A DNA stretch of 64,000 nt, taken from positions 62,001 to 126,000 of the forward strand of contig JBEUKZ010000041.1 of NCBI GenBank assembly GCA_048128005.1, given 5' to 3'. A program made the position numbers and the translations under genes. Shown in pieces: positions 51,088-61,642 of the stretch. How positions within the stretch are numbered: position 1 is the stretch's first letter; each line of letters opens with the position of its first letter. The stretch comes from Veleropilina oligotropha. Lineage: Eukaryota. Below the pieces are notes generated by a model. That model was not told the DNA's origin. It ran no database searches and saw only the letters and a list, made by a program, of their open reading frames with translations.

Positions 51088-52996
51088 TATATCGCAAGGA
51101 CTGCGGTAATGGGCATGCCGTGATTGTCGATCGGGTTACCATCTGCGTCTGTGACGTACACCTTCAACTCTGTGAGAACCCCGGCCTGTAGTCGCCGGCC
51201 GGCGGGATAGCAATGATAGTGGCCAGCCTCACCGTACATCTGCGACGTGATAGGGACCACCGCGAGAATATTGCTCGGGGCGCCGTCCTTCACATTGTGT
51301 GTTGTACTGAGCTGCTCCAGGTGAACGTGTAGGGTCGGCGCTATGGCAAAGCCTACCGGCTTGTTCCCGTCATAAGTCCCGGGGCGTAGCCACTCGGATC
51401 TCTCCGGAGGAGTACGGCCCCCCCGTACTCCTCGAAGGGGTGGGTTCAGATTCCCCGATTTATCGAGAATAAACGAAGAAAGGTTTAAGCCGAGGAGCTT
51501 CCATATATCGTCGCTTATCGCGAGTCGAGTCCCCTCTGGGACCACGATTCGGGTGAGTCCCGTAGCATGGCTTACATCTAGCTGTATGTTAACTAGCGAC
51601 CTCTTCATCGTCTTGGCGAGGTCATCGAAGCTATAGAAACCTGGTGCCACCTCTACCGTGGTATCGGGGGTCTTAAAGAAGGCTCCGGCGTGCACGTTGT
51701 GCCAGCCGACCCAATAGTCGAGCGACTGCAAGCTGACACATAGCTTGCCTTCCCGGTGTAACAGCTTCGAGTATACCCCATGCCCGGACTATAACCCGGG
51801 GTTAGAGTGGACTAGCTCAGAATATACTTGGGTATATTCTGAGCTAGTCCACTTTATACCCCGGAGTGTTATACAGGCTAGCCTGTTACATACCTCCCCA
51901 GGCCAGAATATACCATCTAGAATCAGAGATTTTAAGACCACTTTCAGAGTATTTCACTGATATCGCAGTCGGAATCCACGGTTTAACATCTTTATCAGAT
52001 CAGACGAGCAATTGTGGCTTATGTCCTTGCCCAAAGAAAACTTCGATACGGGGTTCGAACGCAGTACTGTGCACATCAGAAAATGACACAATAATGACTT
52101 ACCGATAAACGTATTTCACCGATATCGCAGTCCAGATCTACAGATTAGCATCGTCGAATTTTTCAGCAGACGTTTCGTCGAATGACCGTTTCGTCGAACC
52201 GTTTCGTCGAATAAAAAAATCAATAAAGGAACTTTAAAAGACGCGCAAACTACTAAAACCTCCATGTCTTATATATTTGCCCATGACGCGGCTTCAAGCC
52301 CTGATCGGTCATTCATTTGTATTACTATAATTTAGGCAAGACTTATAGGGAAGGATGCGCCAATAAGTTACAATTCATATTCGACGAAACGTCTACAAAT
52401 TCACTTCCATCATTTAAATAATGCCAAGGAGGACTGCGTTACTAGTCTGCGGCTACCGCCGCATCATTCGGCGGCCTCCGGCCCGCCTCCGTCGGCCACG
52501 CTCGCTACCGCTCGCTGAGCAGGTCCTCAAGCTCCGCTCCGGGCTCCCGCACTGTGTGGTTCTGGTTAGTATTTTATATAATGTCAATGTCAAATAGCTT
52601 TTATTTAAAGAGGAAATAAAGTGACGGGATTTATCGATCCCTTCGTACTTACGTTGACTATACATGGATTGATAAAAGCGTGACTGATCCTGATCTTCTA
52701 TGTTGCAGGGACAAGTTATTTTTTTAATTATTATTTGGAAATACAGACTAATTTATTAAAAACACAAGTAGGTATTATTTGGACTAGGGGGGTATAGTCC
52801 GGTCAAGGCCAAACAATATCCCGGGGTATAAACCAGTCTGTGTTATTTTCAACCCCGGGGTATAGTTTGGCCCAGACCAGACTCTACCCGGGTATAGATT
52901 GATGGAAGGTGAATATAGCCTATTACACCGGTTATCAATCGGCTCCAGGAGGGCAACCGCGGCCCCCGTTTGAACGTTCGTTAATGTGTGAAACAT
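51087..52996 (-). pseudogene. Minor capsid (penton-like) protein, ~244 aa, interrupted by insertion 51757-52927
   Basis: Removing the insert and one CCGG gives in-frame MFHTLTNVQ..EPIDNR|EGKLCVSLQSLDYWVGWHNV; PGFYS, HVHLEQL..DGAPSNILAVVP and ELKVYVTDADGNPID match the Polinton penton pattern. Confidence 0.75.
51757..52927. mobile_element. TGT..ACA non-autonomous element with 4-bp TSD CCGG (Ginger2/TDD-like), composite
   Basis: ccgg|tgtaacag..ctattaca|ccgg; left 134 bp is itself a palindrome ending ctgttaca at 51890; SINE piece and small MITE inside. Confidence 0.8.
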
Positions 52997-53000
52997 AGCT

Positions 53001-54277
53001 ATGGAAAAGGGTCCCTTTGCTTTCAATAGGGGTGCTGCCTATCCGACCGGTGTGGTGTACCCAGCAAAGATCAAAGATGAGCAGCTTACAAAACCACGCG
53101 TCGTTGTCTCCTCGTCTGAATCTCCCCATCCTGCATTCGGGGCAGACTACCCCGACGTCTTTCAAAAATAACGCCTCCCTCACGTCGCGAGTGATCGGCT
53201 AATACAGGATTGGAACAGCACGCCGATGCGGTTCTGGCAGAATAAGGTAAACTTCGCCGTGTGGTGTGCCACAACAGGTTCCGGGATCTCCTCAGAAGAC
53301 CACATGAATGCGATCGACCCCCTCTCCAGAGCCGTATTCACCTTCCACGTCTACTATCAGGTCAGGATGGTGCTGACCGAAATTCAGGCGCTGCTGCCTC
53401 AAGACGCGACGTGGGATGCCTTCGACACCCTGTATGATCGAAGGGCATATGAGAAGATCTGCAGCGAGTTTGGAGTGTCTCCACATACCGACTGGCGTGT
53501 CAAGGGTCCCAACGGCGGACTAGGCACCGCTTTCAGCTACTGGACGAACAACGGCTACCACCCCATAGGTCGTGCGTATGATATCAGCCGAATGTCATTC
53601 ACAAAAGGGACCACCAACACGAATCTGCACGTGGACTACATCGCTCAAGCGCCTGCGCTTACAGACGGTTGGGCTTCCTTCATCCTGGACAAGTCGGTGG
53701 GATTCACGAGGGCCGGCGTGGAAAGGCTCAATGATTCCATCAGGACCTACATCTGGGCGATTCTTGGAGGAGCGCAGGCGCAGACACGTGCAAGCATTCT
53801 GGGTAGTGGGCGGCATTTGACGCGCAGAAACAGTTCCTGGCGAACGTGGAAGATGCCATCGCATCCCCCGTTGACCTCCCAGCAGCAATCCAACGGTACC
53901 AGGACGTTTTGCAGTATGCCAGGTCCAAGGTGGATTATGTCTTCAGCGTTGGCCTATACATTTCGCCGAGTGACATGCTCCTGCGAATAGGGCAGGTGGC
54001 TGGGTATAACAACGAAATCGTCATTGCTACAGAAGATCAGACACTAGGTCGTAATACTACGGTCAACGCGGCCAGTGTTCCACCCACTGGGGAGACTGGA
54101 GAAACAGGACTGGTAATTCCACAAGACGCAGTCTTACGGGCAGATGCTCCGAAGCATCCAAATGCTTCGCCGGCTGTGGCCGCGGCGGGGGGGGCAGCTG
54201 TGGCACATGACGAGGAGAAGACCGCACTTATCGTGGGCGGCATTGTCGTTGGCCTAGCGTTCATTTGGCTTACGTGA
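53001..54277 (+). pseudogene. Polinton/adinto-type hypothetical protein with C-terminal transmembrane anchor; one nonsense codon and frameshift(s)
   Basis: ATG 53001 in frame with ORF 53226 across a TAA near 53168; FWQNKVNFAVWCATTG; continues in frame of 53846-54277 ending ALIVGGIVVGLAFIWLT. Confidence 0.7.
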
Positions 54278-54851
54278 CCCACTGTCTAGCGGCAATAAGA
54301 AGCAAGGCCCCAACAGATATAATCACGGCCCACAGATTCTCGGCGAGCCACGACGCAGTCTTGCCAACCAGATTGATTAGCCAGGAAATCAGGCTTCCAA
54401 TCATGCCTGCGAGTGCGGCTGCCACCTTCCCCGCTAGTTCGCCTAGAATCCGACCCAGGTTCTGCAGCTGCTTTTTGACCCACTCCTTGACCCCCCCCCC
54501 TGACCACTGGGAGGTGGTGGTGTTGGTGCGATGCTCGGCGCTCCGCCTGTTAGGGCTAGTACCAACGTCGAGATGGCCAGCCCAATAGCGGTGAGTATGG
54601 TTGCGATCGTCACCCCCTGTTCGCGGAATAGGGTCCGGATGCGCTCGGCAAGCGTCGTGTCTTCGTGGAGGATCCGACTTAGCATTTCTCGGATCCGGCT
54701 GATTTGAGAGCGAAGGGCTTCCCGGCTGGACCCGGCTGCCTCTAGGCGAGCTGCTCGTTCATCCTGTAAGTTGCGCAGACGTTCCTCAATTCGTCGACGT
54801 ACAAACTCCTCGACACCTCCTTCATCTGCCTGAGCGAGCTTCCTCTTCTCC
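54270..54851 (-). pseudogene. 3' part of a coiled-coil + amphipathic/transmembrane protein, truncated by element B, frameshift in a C10 run
   Basis: EKRKLAQ..LAERIRTLFREQGVTIATILTAIGLAISTLVLALTGG, then VKEWVKKQLQNLGRILGELAGKVAAALAGMIGSLISWL..LWAVIISVGALLLIAARQWVT*. Confidence 0.75.
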
Positions 54852-55043
54852 AGCAGCAGCAGGGGGGGTGATTGGACTTTTTAGAATGGAAAAATAAGGC
54901 TCCCAGCACTATTTCAGAACTGAGGTAGTGTAGTACGAGCCCCCAGGGGAGTTTAGACTAGGGGCCCGGGGCGGCCGTGGAGGCTCCCAGCCCTATTTCA
55001 GACACGAGGGTAGGGATTGTATTACAAAAGTTACCGTGTGTAC
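54852..55043 (+). repeat. Terminal repeat of element B
   Basis: agcagcagcagggggggtg.. homologous to 48702-48891. Confidence 0.9.
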
Positions 55044-55537
55044 ACAGCGTGTCTATCGAAACTAGGGTAGCTTCGAATAGTCTATGTGGGCCAGCTATTT
55101 CGCGCCGATATAGTAGCATGTAGTTAGAGCCCGTAGGGACGGCCCACAACCCTCGCCGGCCCGGGCTTTCTTTTAGACATACCCATTGGACGGGTATATC
55201 CAATGCAAAGGATACGATGAAGGGCTATGACACCTGTCAATGGCTCACCATCAGCTCCACGGAGTTATGCGGTAAAGATGTCTGAGCGAGTTTTGTAAAT
55301 CCACCTGGCTCGGCAATGGCGAAATGGCCGGGGCACAAAACCCTGCAGCAAATGCGGGAAGGGCGTTTTCAACCGGTTTACGCTGTGTAAGGGCTGTGGG
55401 TATCAGAGTGAGAACGCTAAGGACTGGCAACGAAAGACAAGGGCCTTCGAGAGAGAGTTTCTGCGTATGGCTGCAATTCACCACACGCAATTTCCTATTA
55501 GAGCAATGAAGATCCTAATGTATACCCACCCAGCAAC

Positions 55538-58500
55538 ATGGATGACCTGCGGAATTTAGCGAATGATTACGGGCTTCCCGCTCGGTCAAAGCTCAAGAAG
55601 AACGACCTCATCCGGGCAATAGCCGGGGTCCGTGCTGCGGAGTTTCGGAGGAGACTCGAGCGGGCGATGAAAACGGGAAGGTTCCCCTCCATACGTGGAG
55701 ATGTGGAGAACCCCCACAAAAGAGGCCGTCGTGCTCGCGAATTGCGGCAGCTTAAGGACGAGGTCGAGGTGGCCCTCAAGGTCCGTAAATACGAAATCCA
55801 AGCTGAGAAAAAGCCCGGTATACGACAGAAGCCGCTTCGCGCCATCACGGATCGAATTGTCAAGCCACACCTGCACGGTCTGACTAGGTCTCGGAAAGAG
55901 ACCCTTGCGGGGGCTATTGCTCAGAAGGGGCCCGATATTCTGAGAGATCACTTAGCCTCGGATGAATACTATTCCCTCTCCAAAACGCCCCGGACAGCCC
56001 AGGACTACCAGAAGGATCTTCTAGGGACGTTTACCACAACAGGGGGGCAACAATTCATTGACCTGGATGACCAAGCCCCTCCCCCAGTAAGGCTCCCAGC
56101 AAAAGAGCCATGGGTGAAACTCTTGAACGACGCCAAAGACGAGTTTGAGGTCGATGGCGCCGCGGCGGCCTTCTCCACTTGGAGGGTAGAAGTGGACATT
56201 AAGATCGAACACGGCATCGAAGCGGCCCTGGATGCCCGTATGACAGACGCGAGGGCGGCACAGCTCCTCACAGCCCTTCCAAAAGGCGAGTATGTCCTTA
56301 GAATCAAGTTCTTGCGTGAGTGGGGTGAAGGTGACTGGATGGTCGAAGACAAGTTTGACCCGGTGAAAGCTGCGAGGAAGAAGGGCCAGGGTGTCTTTGA
56401 GATATCCCATGACGCTAAGCCGGGTGCTATCACTGGGGTCGACAAAGACTACTACGAGAACGCCTTCCCGGTCACTGCAGTCGTCTACGGCCTCTACCCT
56501 CTCAGAGAACCAAACCCCGCCAATCTGGTCCCAATGAAGAACGGCGACCTCAACTGCGTTGCCCAAAGAGTGGTTGAGCACTTCGAAGGTGCCCTGAGAG
56601 GAAACGGACTCACCCCGACAAGGCGGCAGAAAATACAGGAGTGGGAAGAGCGAGTCCATGTAACAGGCGCCACTGTGGATGATATATCCATCCTCGAGAA
56701 GATACTGAAGTGGGCGATTGTCTTGAGAGACATTGCAGGTGCCGACATCTACAGCAGTGGGAAGTACCAGGGCTGGCATAGACCAGTAGAACTCATCTGC
56801 CACAACGGCCACGCCTGGTCCAAGGAGCTGCACTTCCCGCAGTCTCGCGAGGTCCACCTGTATGAGGGCGATGTCTGGGAAGCTATCCGACAAGCCACAC
56901 AGAATGAGCCATTAGCTGTCTGGCTCCTTGGCGGTACAGACCGACAGCTCAACGTGGACCAGTTCGTGCTGCAAGACGGCCGCACTTACAGGACAAAAGA
57001 TGATCACGAGAGACTCCAAGAAGCCTGTAAGGCTCTGGGGGGGACGAGTCTCTCGCCGATCGGGCCTTTGGCGTGAACCATGCAGCTAGCATTATGGCCA
57101 AAGAGAATAACGGCTGGAAGCCTACCCCAGTGGGCCTGCTCGATGATATCCAGAAGGCCTGCGTAGAGCATGGTCACGGTGGCCTTTGGAATTCCATGGG
57201 CTATGACACGAGAGATGTCTGCTGCATCGATATAAAATCCTGCTACCCTGCAAGCTTTCAGGGGAAGGGCGAGGCCAAGCCATACTTCGAGCGATTCGGG
57301 CACCCACTCCACCGCATGACTCGGGTCGCAATTAACGGTCCTCTTCCCCAAGAAATCGGAACTGGCTTTGCCGAGGTCGTGGAATGGGAGTTTGCACAAG
57401 AGATCCACCCCGCCATTCCCGCCTGGTTCGGAAAGCACTTTGCAGAAAATGGATGGGCCCCGACGCCTCTGCTCGTCTTCCTCGTAGAGTCCGGCCTCGT
57501 GAAGACCCTCAAGATCCGAGAAGCCATCATCGCATTCAAAAACCAGACCGATGTCTGGCTTCCTCCGGATCGTGACCAGGGCTGCAGCATTATCGGCAAA
57601 TTCACCCAAGGCGCCAAAGCTGACGGAAAGCGATTGACTCGTAGACTGGTGACCGACCAGGGGGAGCTCGACTTCCTCGTAAGAGACACCCGCCAAAGCG
57701 GTACCCTGGTCGTTGCACCGCAAAGGTGCCCTATGGGGCACATCCTCACGTACTATGATGGCTCCCAGCCTCAGTACGCCCACCTGAGGGCCAGCATGTT
57801 GGCCTATGCCCACATAAACCTCTTGAGCATGCTCCAGCGTTTCACCCCTGAAGAGGCTGTCTACGTGGCCACTGACAGCATCTACCCCTAGAAGGCCTCG
57901 TTGGAGAAGCTCGACGATGTCAAGGCGTACGTTGCCCCCCTGATCTGCAACTGTGGCGATAAATCGTGCATCTCCTGTCTGCTCGGGGAGACGTACCTTC
58001 CGCCAGTAGCACCGGCCCAGTGGCGTGACAAGGGCGAACAGCTGTATATGCCACAGGAACATGCCGCATACCTGCCCAAGCCGGAGTACACGCAGTCCGA
58101 GAAGGACCTCCCGCCAAGCACCGCGCCATGCTACAACGACACGCTGACCCACCATCGCCTGAGTTACCTCAACGGTGGAGGCTGTGGCAAGACTACGAGA
58201 GCGATCGAACTATTTCGGGCAAGGAATCCCACTGTATTCACGCCAACCCACCGCCTCGCTAAAGAGATGCGGACCAGGGGTGTCAAAGCCCAGACCTACC
58301 ACAGCTTCTTCCGATGGAGCGGCCAGACTGACTGGACACCCGACCGCATGGGTCAGAAGTTCATCCCCCGCGTCATTATCTGGGACGAGGTCTGTACTGT
58401 TCCCCGGCCTATCCTCGAGATGTTCTTGGACTGGCTGGGCCACCACGAAGTTCAGGTTATCTGCTGTGGCGATCAGGGCCAGCCACCACCGATTACGGGC

Positions 58501-59439
58501 GAGATGCCGCACGATTGGCTGCGAAGGACGGCGGACCACTATGAAGAGATCGAAGTAGACTACAGGGCGAAAGACGACCCTACCCTCCAAGCCCTGAAAA
58601 GACGGATACGTCTCCAGCCCGACAAAGTCCAATGCGAGGAAATGCGTAAGACCCTCCCTAGCTGCCTTGGATGGGATCGGTTCGTCAACACCTGGAAGCC
58701 AGGCGACCTAATCCTGACCAGCCGTCAGAAGGTCCGCGAACGGGCTCAACAGCTGTTGCTCCAGAGGCACAAGGAGCACTTCCCAGACTCCCTGGTACCT
58801 ATCCTGTACCACCCCAGGGACACCCATAAGCAAAACATCATGGTAACGATTCCGGGCACCGACGAAAGAGAGGAGCTAGTTCTCAACGACGTCGTAGAGG
58901 TCACCATTGACGCCGCTGAGAGGGCTATTCAGACCACGGATTGGCGCCTGGGCTATGCTCTCACCATCCATTCGAGCCAGGGTCTTACGATTCACGACCC
59001 GCAGATGGTCTGGATCATCGATGACTACCTTCAGTGGAGTAATATCGCCTACCTAGCCGTGTCCCGGGTGGAGCATCTGCATCAGCTCGAACGGGTAACC
59101 TGTCCTCCGGATGAGGGTGCTGAGGACAGGCCGCCCCAAACCGAGCAGCAGGTTCGAAAAACCATCCAGAAAAAGCTCATGGCGTACAAACGCCAGGACC
59201 AGGCCAAGGATCTCCAGGGATTTAACCTCAAGGTCGATAACATCCTGCAGCTCAAAGACGCCCAAAACAACCTCTGCGCAGCATGCAACATAGAGCTGCT
59301 CTGGGCCTACCAGCCCAAAGACACACAGCAGTTCAGTGTCGACCGTGTGGACAACAGCAGGGGCCACACCCGCGACAACGTGCGCTTAACGTGCCTTGAA
59401 TGTAACCGAAAAAGAGGATTTGCGGTTGTTAACGCCTGA
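55538..59439 (+). pseudogene. ~1300-aa replicase fusion: N-terminal helical motif, OTU-like domain, family B DNA polymerase core, SF1B (PIF1/RecD-like) helicase, HNH-like nuclease; frameshift in G7 (~57036-57042) and TAG at 57889-57891
   Basis: PolB motifs IDIKSCYP, IIGKFTQ, YVATDSIY; helicase GGGCGKTT, WDE, GDQGQPPP, YALTIHSSQG, YLAVSR; CAAC..VDRVDNSRGH..NVRLTCLECN; ORFs 57073 and 57901 share a frame. Confidence 0.85.
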
Positions 59440-60433
59440 GAACCGGTGGCAGCTGGGTGTCACGAGGCACCACGAGAAGTTCCTCACGAACAAACCCACG
59501 CGGTGGTCCATCGAGCAAGTAGTAGAGCACAGGCTCGTCAGGCTTAGTGACGGAGCGTCCAAGCCTGTGAACCGTCAAAGACCACACCGGGTCAGTCGCT
59601 CGCCGGCGACCACCCTCCAACTCACCGGGTTGGTATAGGTAGCGAACATCTACGTCAGAGGGGAGTTTCAGTTCCTTCCCCTGTCGGTCTGGAACAGTGG
59701 AAGAGGGCTTTTGGGCAACGCGAGGTGCCTTGATGGCGTCCTTGGGCTTTTTACCGGTGAGGCGGGTCACTTCCCCATTCAAGGCCGCAACAACGGCGGG
59801 CAGCCGGGCGACCCACTCAGTCGACCTTTGACCCTCTTTCGCAGACTCTGCAAACCGCATCTCTGTTGCATACTGGTGCCCGAAGAGCCACTCATCGAGC
59901 GTCCGGTTGAAGCGCTCCACGATCCCTTGATCGCGATGGAGATCCACACGGCCACGCCTAACCTCGACGTTATTCTTTGCCAGCAGCTGGGAAACCGTAC
60001 CCATAAACTCTCGCCCTGGATCAACCTGAAGCAATTTCGGCCAGCTAAGAGGACTCCGCCTGTAGATTCGAGACAGAGCTTCAGCAACCCCTTTGGCCTC
60101 TTTTGTGGCCAGAGGCTCAGCTTCTTTAAAGCGACTGGCCACATCGACCACAGTCAAAGCGTACTTGTACGTTGTACGACTGACCTTGTCGTGGGGGAGA
60201 AACAGGAGGTCGGCTTGGTGAACCTCGTTCGGCGTTACGACGTCGAATTTTGGTCTTGGAATCCGCCGTGGCGCAGGTAAATAGATCTGCCATATAGCCT
60301 GCCTCTTAAGCCATGTCCGGGCCTCCACTTCAGACGCCGTGGCAGCCTCAGCTAGTTTCTTTATCGCGGCAATGCCTTTCCAGTAGCCCTTAGGGCTGTA
60401 GTATATCCTCGCAAGCTTACTATCCATCAGCAA
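59429..60433 (-). CDS. Retroviral-like (rve) DDE integrase of Polinton type
   Basis: HQADLLFL, LTVVDVASRF, LQVDPGREF, QGIVERFNRTL; intact ORF, probable ATG at 60427. Confidence 0.93.
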   Translation of the reverse strand: MLMDSKLARIYYSPKGYWKGIAAIKKLAEAATASEVEARTWLKRQAIWQIYLPAPRRIPRPKFDVVTPNEVHQADLLFLPHDKVSRTTYKYALTVVDVASRFKEAEPLATKEAKGVAEALSRIYRRSPLSWPKLLQVDPGREFMGTVSQLLAKNNVEVRRGRVDLHRDQGIVERFNRTLDEWLFGHQYATEMRFAESAKEGQRSTEWVARLPAVVAALNGEVTRLTGKKPKDAIKAPRVAQKPSSTVPDRQGKELKLPSDVDVRYLYQPGELEGGRRRATDPVWSLTVHRLGRSVTKPDEPVLYYLLDGPPRGFVREELLVVPRDTQLPPVLRR

Positions 60434-60650
60434 TGTATTCCAGTAAACTGATCAGTCTCCAACAGGCTTCAGCTTCCGGAGCCGGTCGCTGCGCAGTCGT
60501 CGCCCGAAGGTTGGTCGGGCCCGAGAGCACCATGACCGCGAACTGCACCATAGTCTTTTCGTCGCGCCGCCAGCAGTCGAGTGACGTAGTACCAAGGCCC
60601 ACCCCGCTGACCGCAAGCATGGCGCAGTACAGCTCTTCTGGGAGCCCCAT
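60420..60650 (-). CDS. Small hypothetical protein
   Basis: ATG-initiated, stop overlaps the integrase start; competing frames exist. Confidence 0.3.
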   Translation of the reverse strand: MGLPEELYCAMLAVSGVGLGTTSLDCWRRDEKTMVQFAVMVLSGPTNLRATTAQRPAPEAEACWRLISLLEYIADG

Positions 60651-60692
60651 TATTATACATGCCCACGAAAAAAATGTTCACTATAGAAATAA

Positions 60693-61121
60693 TTAGGCGA
60701 GCTTGTAGGCTACCAACCCGGTCGCCGCCATCCCGAGGATGATGAAGGTGATCTCACGTCCCTTTTGGTCATCGCTCGGCGTGTAGTAGTCGGACAGGGC
60801 GGGCTCAGGGCCACCTCCCAGGCCGGGGTCAAGGTTCTTGCCGGTGATCAATGCATACTCACGGATAGCGGCGTCAACATCCCGGAATGTGCCAACGGCG
60901 TGACCCTGGCGGCGAAGTTCAACGTTCAGCCAGTCGAGACGCTCTGCCCTCTGTTGGGACCATTTAGTCTGAGCAGCGTTGAGCTGCTCTACGGCTTTGT
61001 CGTGGCGTTTACGCTCCGCATCGACACCGGAGCTGCGTAGCTTCGAGACGAGGAAGTTGGATCCGCTGAAGGCGAGGGCGTTGACGAGAGAACCCCCAAC
61101 CAGCATCGCAATGGAAGCCAT
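60693..61121 (-). CDS. Small virion/membrane-type protein with hydrophobic N- and C-termini and central coiled coil, 142 aa
   Basis: MASIAMLVGGSLVNALAFSGSNFL..ERKRHDKAVEQL..ITFIILGMAATGLVAYKLA; intact. Confidence 0.75.
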   Translation of the reverse strand: MASIAMLVGGSLVNALAFSGSNFLVSKLRSSGVDAERKRHDKAVEQLNAAQTKWSQQRAERLDWLNVELRRQGHAVGTFRDVDAAIREYALITGKNLDPGLGGGPEPALSDYYTPSDDQKGREITFIILGMAATGLVAYKLA

Positions 61122-61151
61122 TGAAATGCTGCGATTATCTAGCAGGTCCCA

Positions 61152-61391
61152 CTACTTCAAAACGTCGGCCGGAATGATGCCTTGCTTGATCAGCATGTCC
61201 TTCGTCGCCATGGCGAGCGCTACGTCGAGGACGACCATCCCGACATCGTAACCCGTGAAGTCCAGCTCGGGGCTCGCCCCCTTGAATACCATCTTGACCA
61301 GGCGTGCGTAGCCAATGGCGAGGCCTGACACTATAGCTGAGTGATATACAGCATTGCCGAGCATTTTTCCATCAGTAATCGGGGTAGTCAT
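61152..61391 (-). CDS. Small hydrophobic protein, 79 aa
   Basis: Intact ORF co-oriented and tightly packed with neighbours; two hydrophobic helices. Confidence 0.7.
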   Translation of the reverse strand: MTTPITDGKMLGNAVYHSAIVSGLAIGYARLVKMVFKGASPELDFTGYDVGMVVLDVALAMATKDMLIKQGIIPADVLK

Positions 61392-61405
61392 GTTTCGTAC
61401 TGAGA

Positions 61406-61642
61406 CTATCGCATATGGAACGGGTTGTGCTCATTCTTCAATTCGGTGGTGGTTGGGGTGGGGGGCTGCCTCGCCTGTGCTGGTGGCTGTTGATGTGGTG
61501 TGGAGGAACCACTGCTGCTGCGTTTCCAGACAACAAATAGCAACGCAACCGTACCGGCAGCACCTGTTACACCTGTTGCCCAGATCGGACTCCTGGAACT
61601 GGCGGAACGCCCGACACCGCGCAACAGTGTTAATGGGATCAA
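61406..61642 (-). CDS. Small transmembrane protein remnant, 5' part uncertain
   Basis: IWATGVTGAAGTVALLFVVW segment, Pro-rich tail, ends NPFHMR just upstream of the next ATG. Confidence 0.45.
   Translation of the reverse strand: MIPLTLLRGVGRSASSRSPIWATGVTGAAGTVALLFVVWKRSSSGSSTPHQQPPAQARQPPTPTTTELKNEHNPFHMR

Larger units (their letters stand above)
48702..54851. mobile_element. Polinton/adintovirus-like endogenous element A, left portion
   Basis: AGCAGCAG-G-run terminus interrupting an LTR; compact intronless GC-richer ORFs including a penton-like gene. Confidence 0.8.

Noticed and set aside
48702..55043. The two 190-bp repeats as LTRs or direct termini of one 6.3-kb element
   Set aside because: The second repeat truncates an ORF and is followed by more genes of the same type; nesting explains it better, though not proven
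57901..59439. Helitron RepHel
   Set aside because: No HUH Rep motifs seen upstream; the helicase is in frame with PolB motifs and next to an rve integrase
55567..60280. Long antisense ORFs (e.g. 56021-56893, 57004-58155, 59711-60280)
   Set aside because: Shadow frames of GC-rich coding sequence with no motifs
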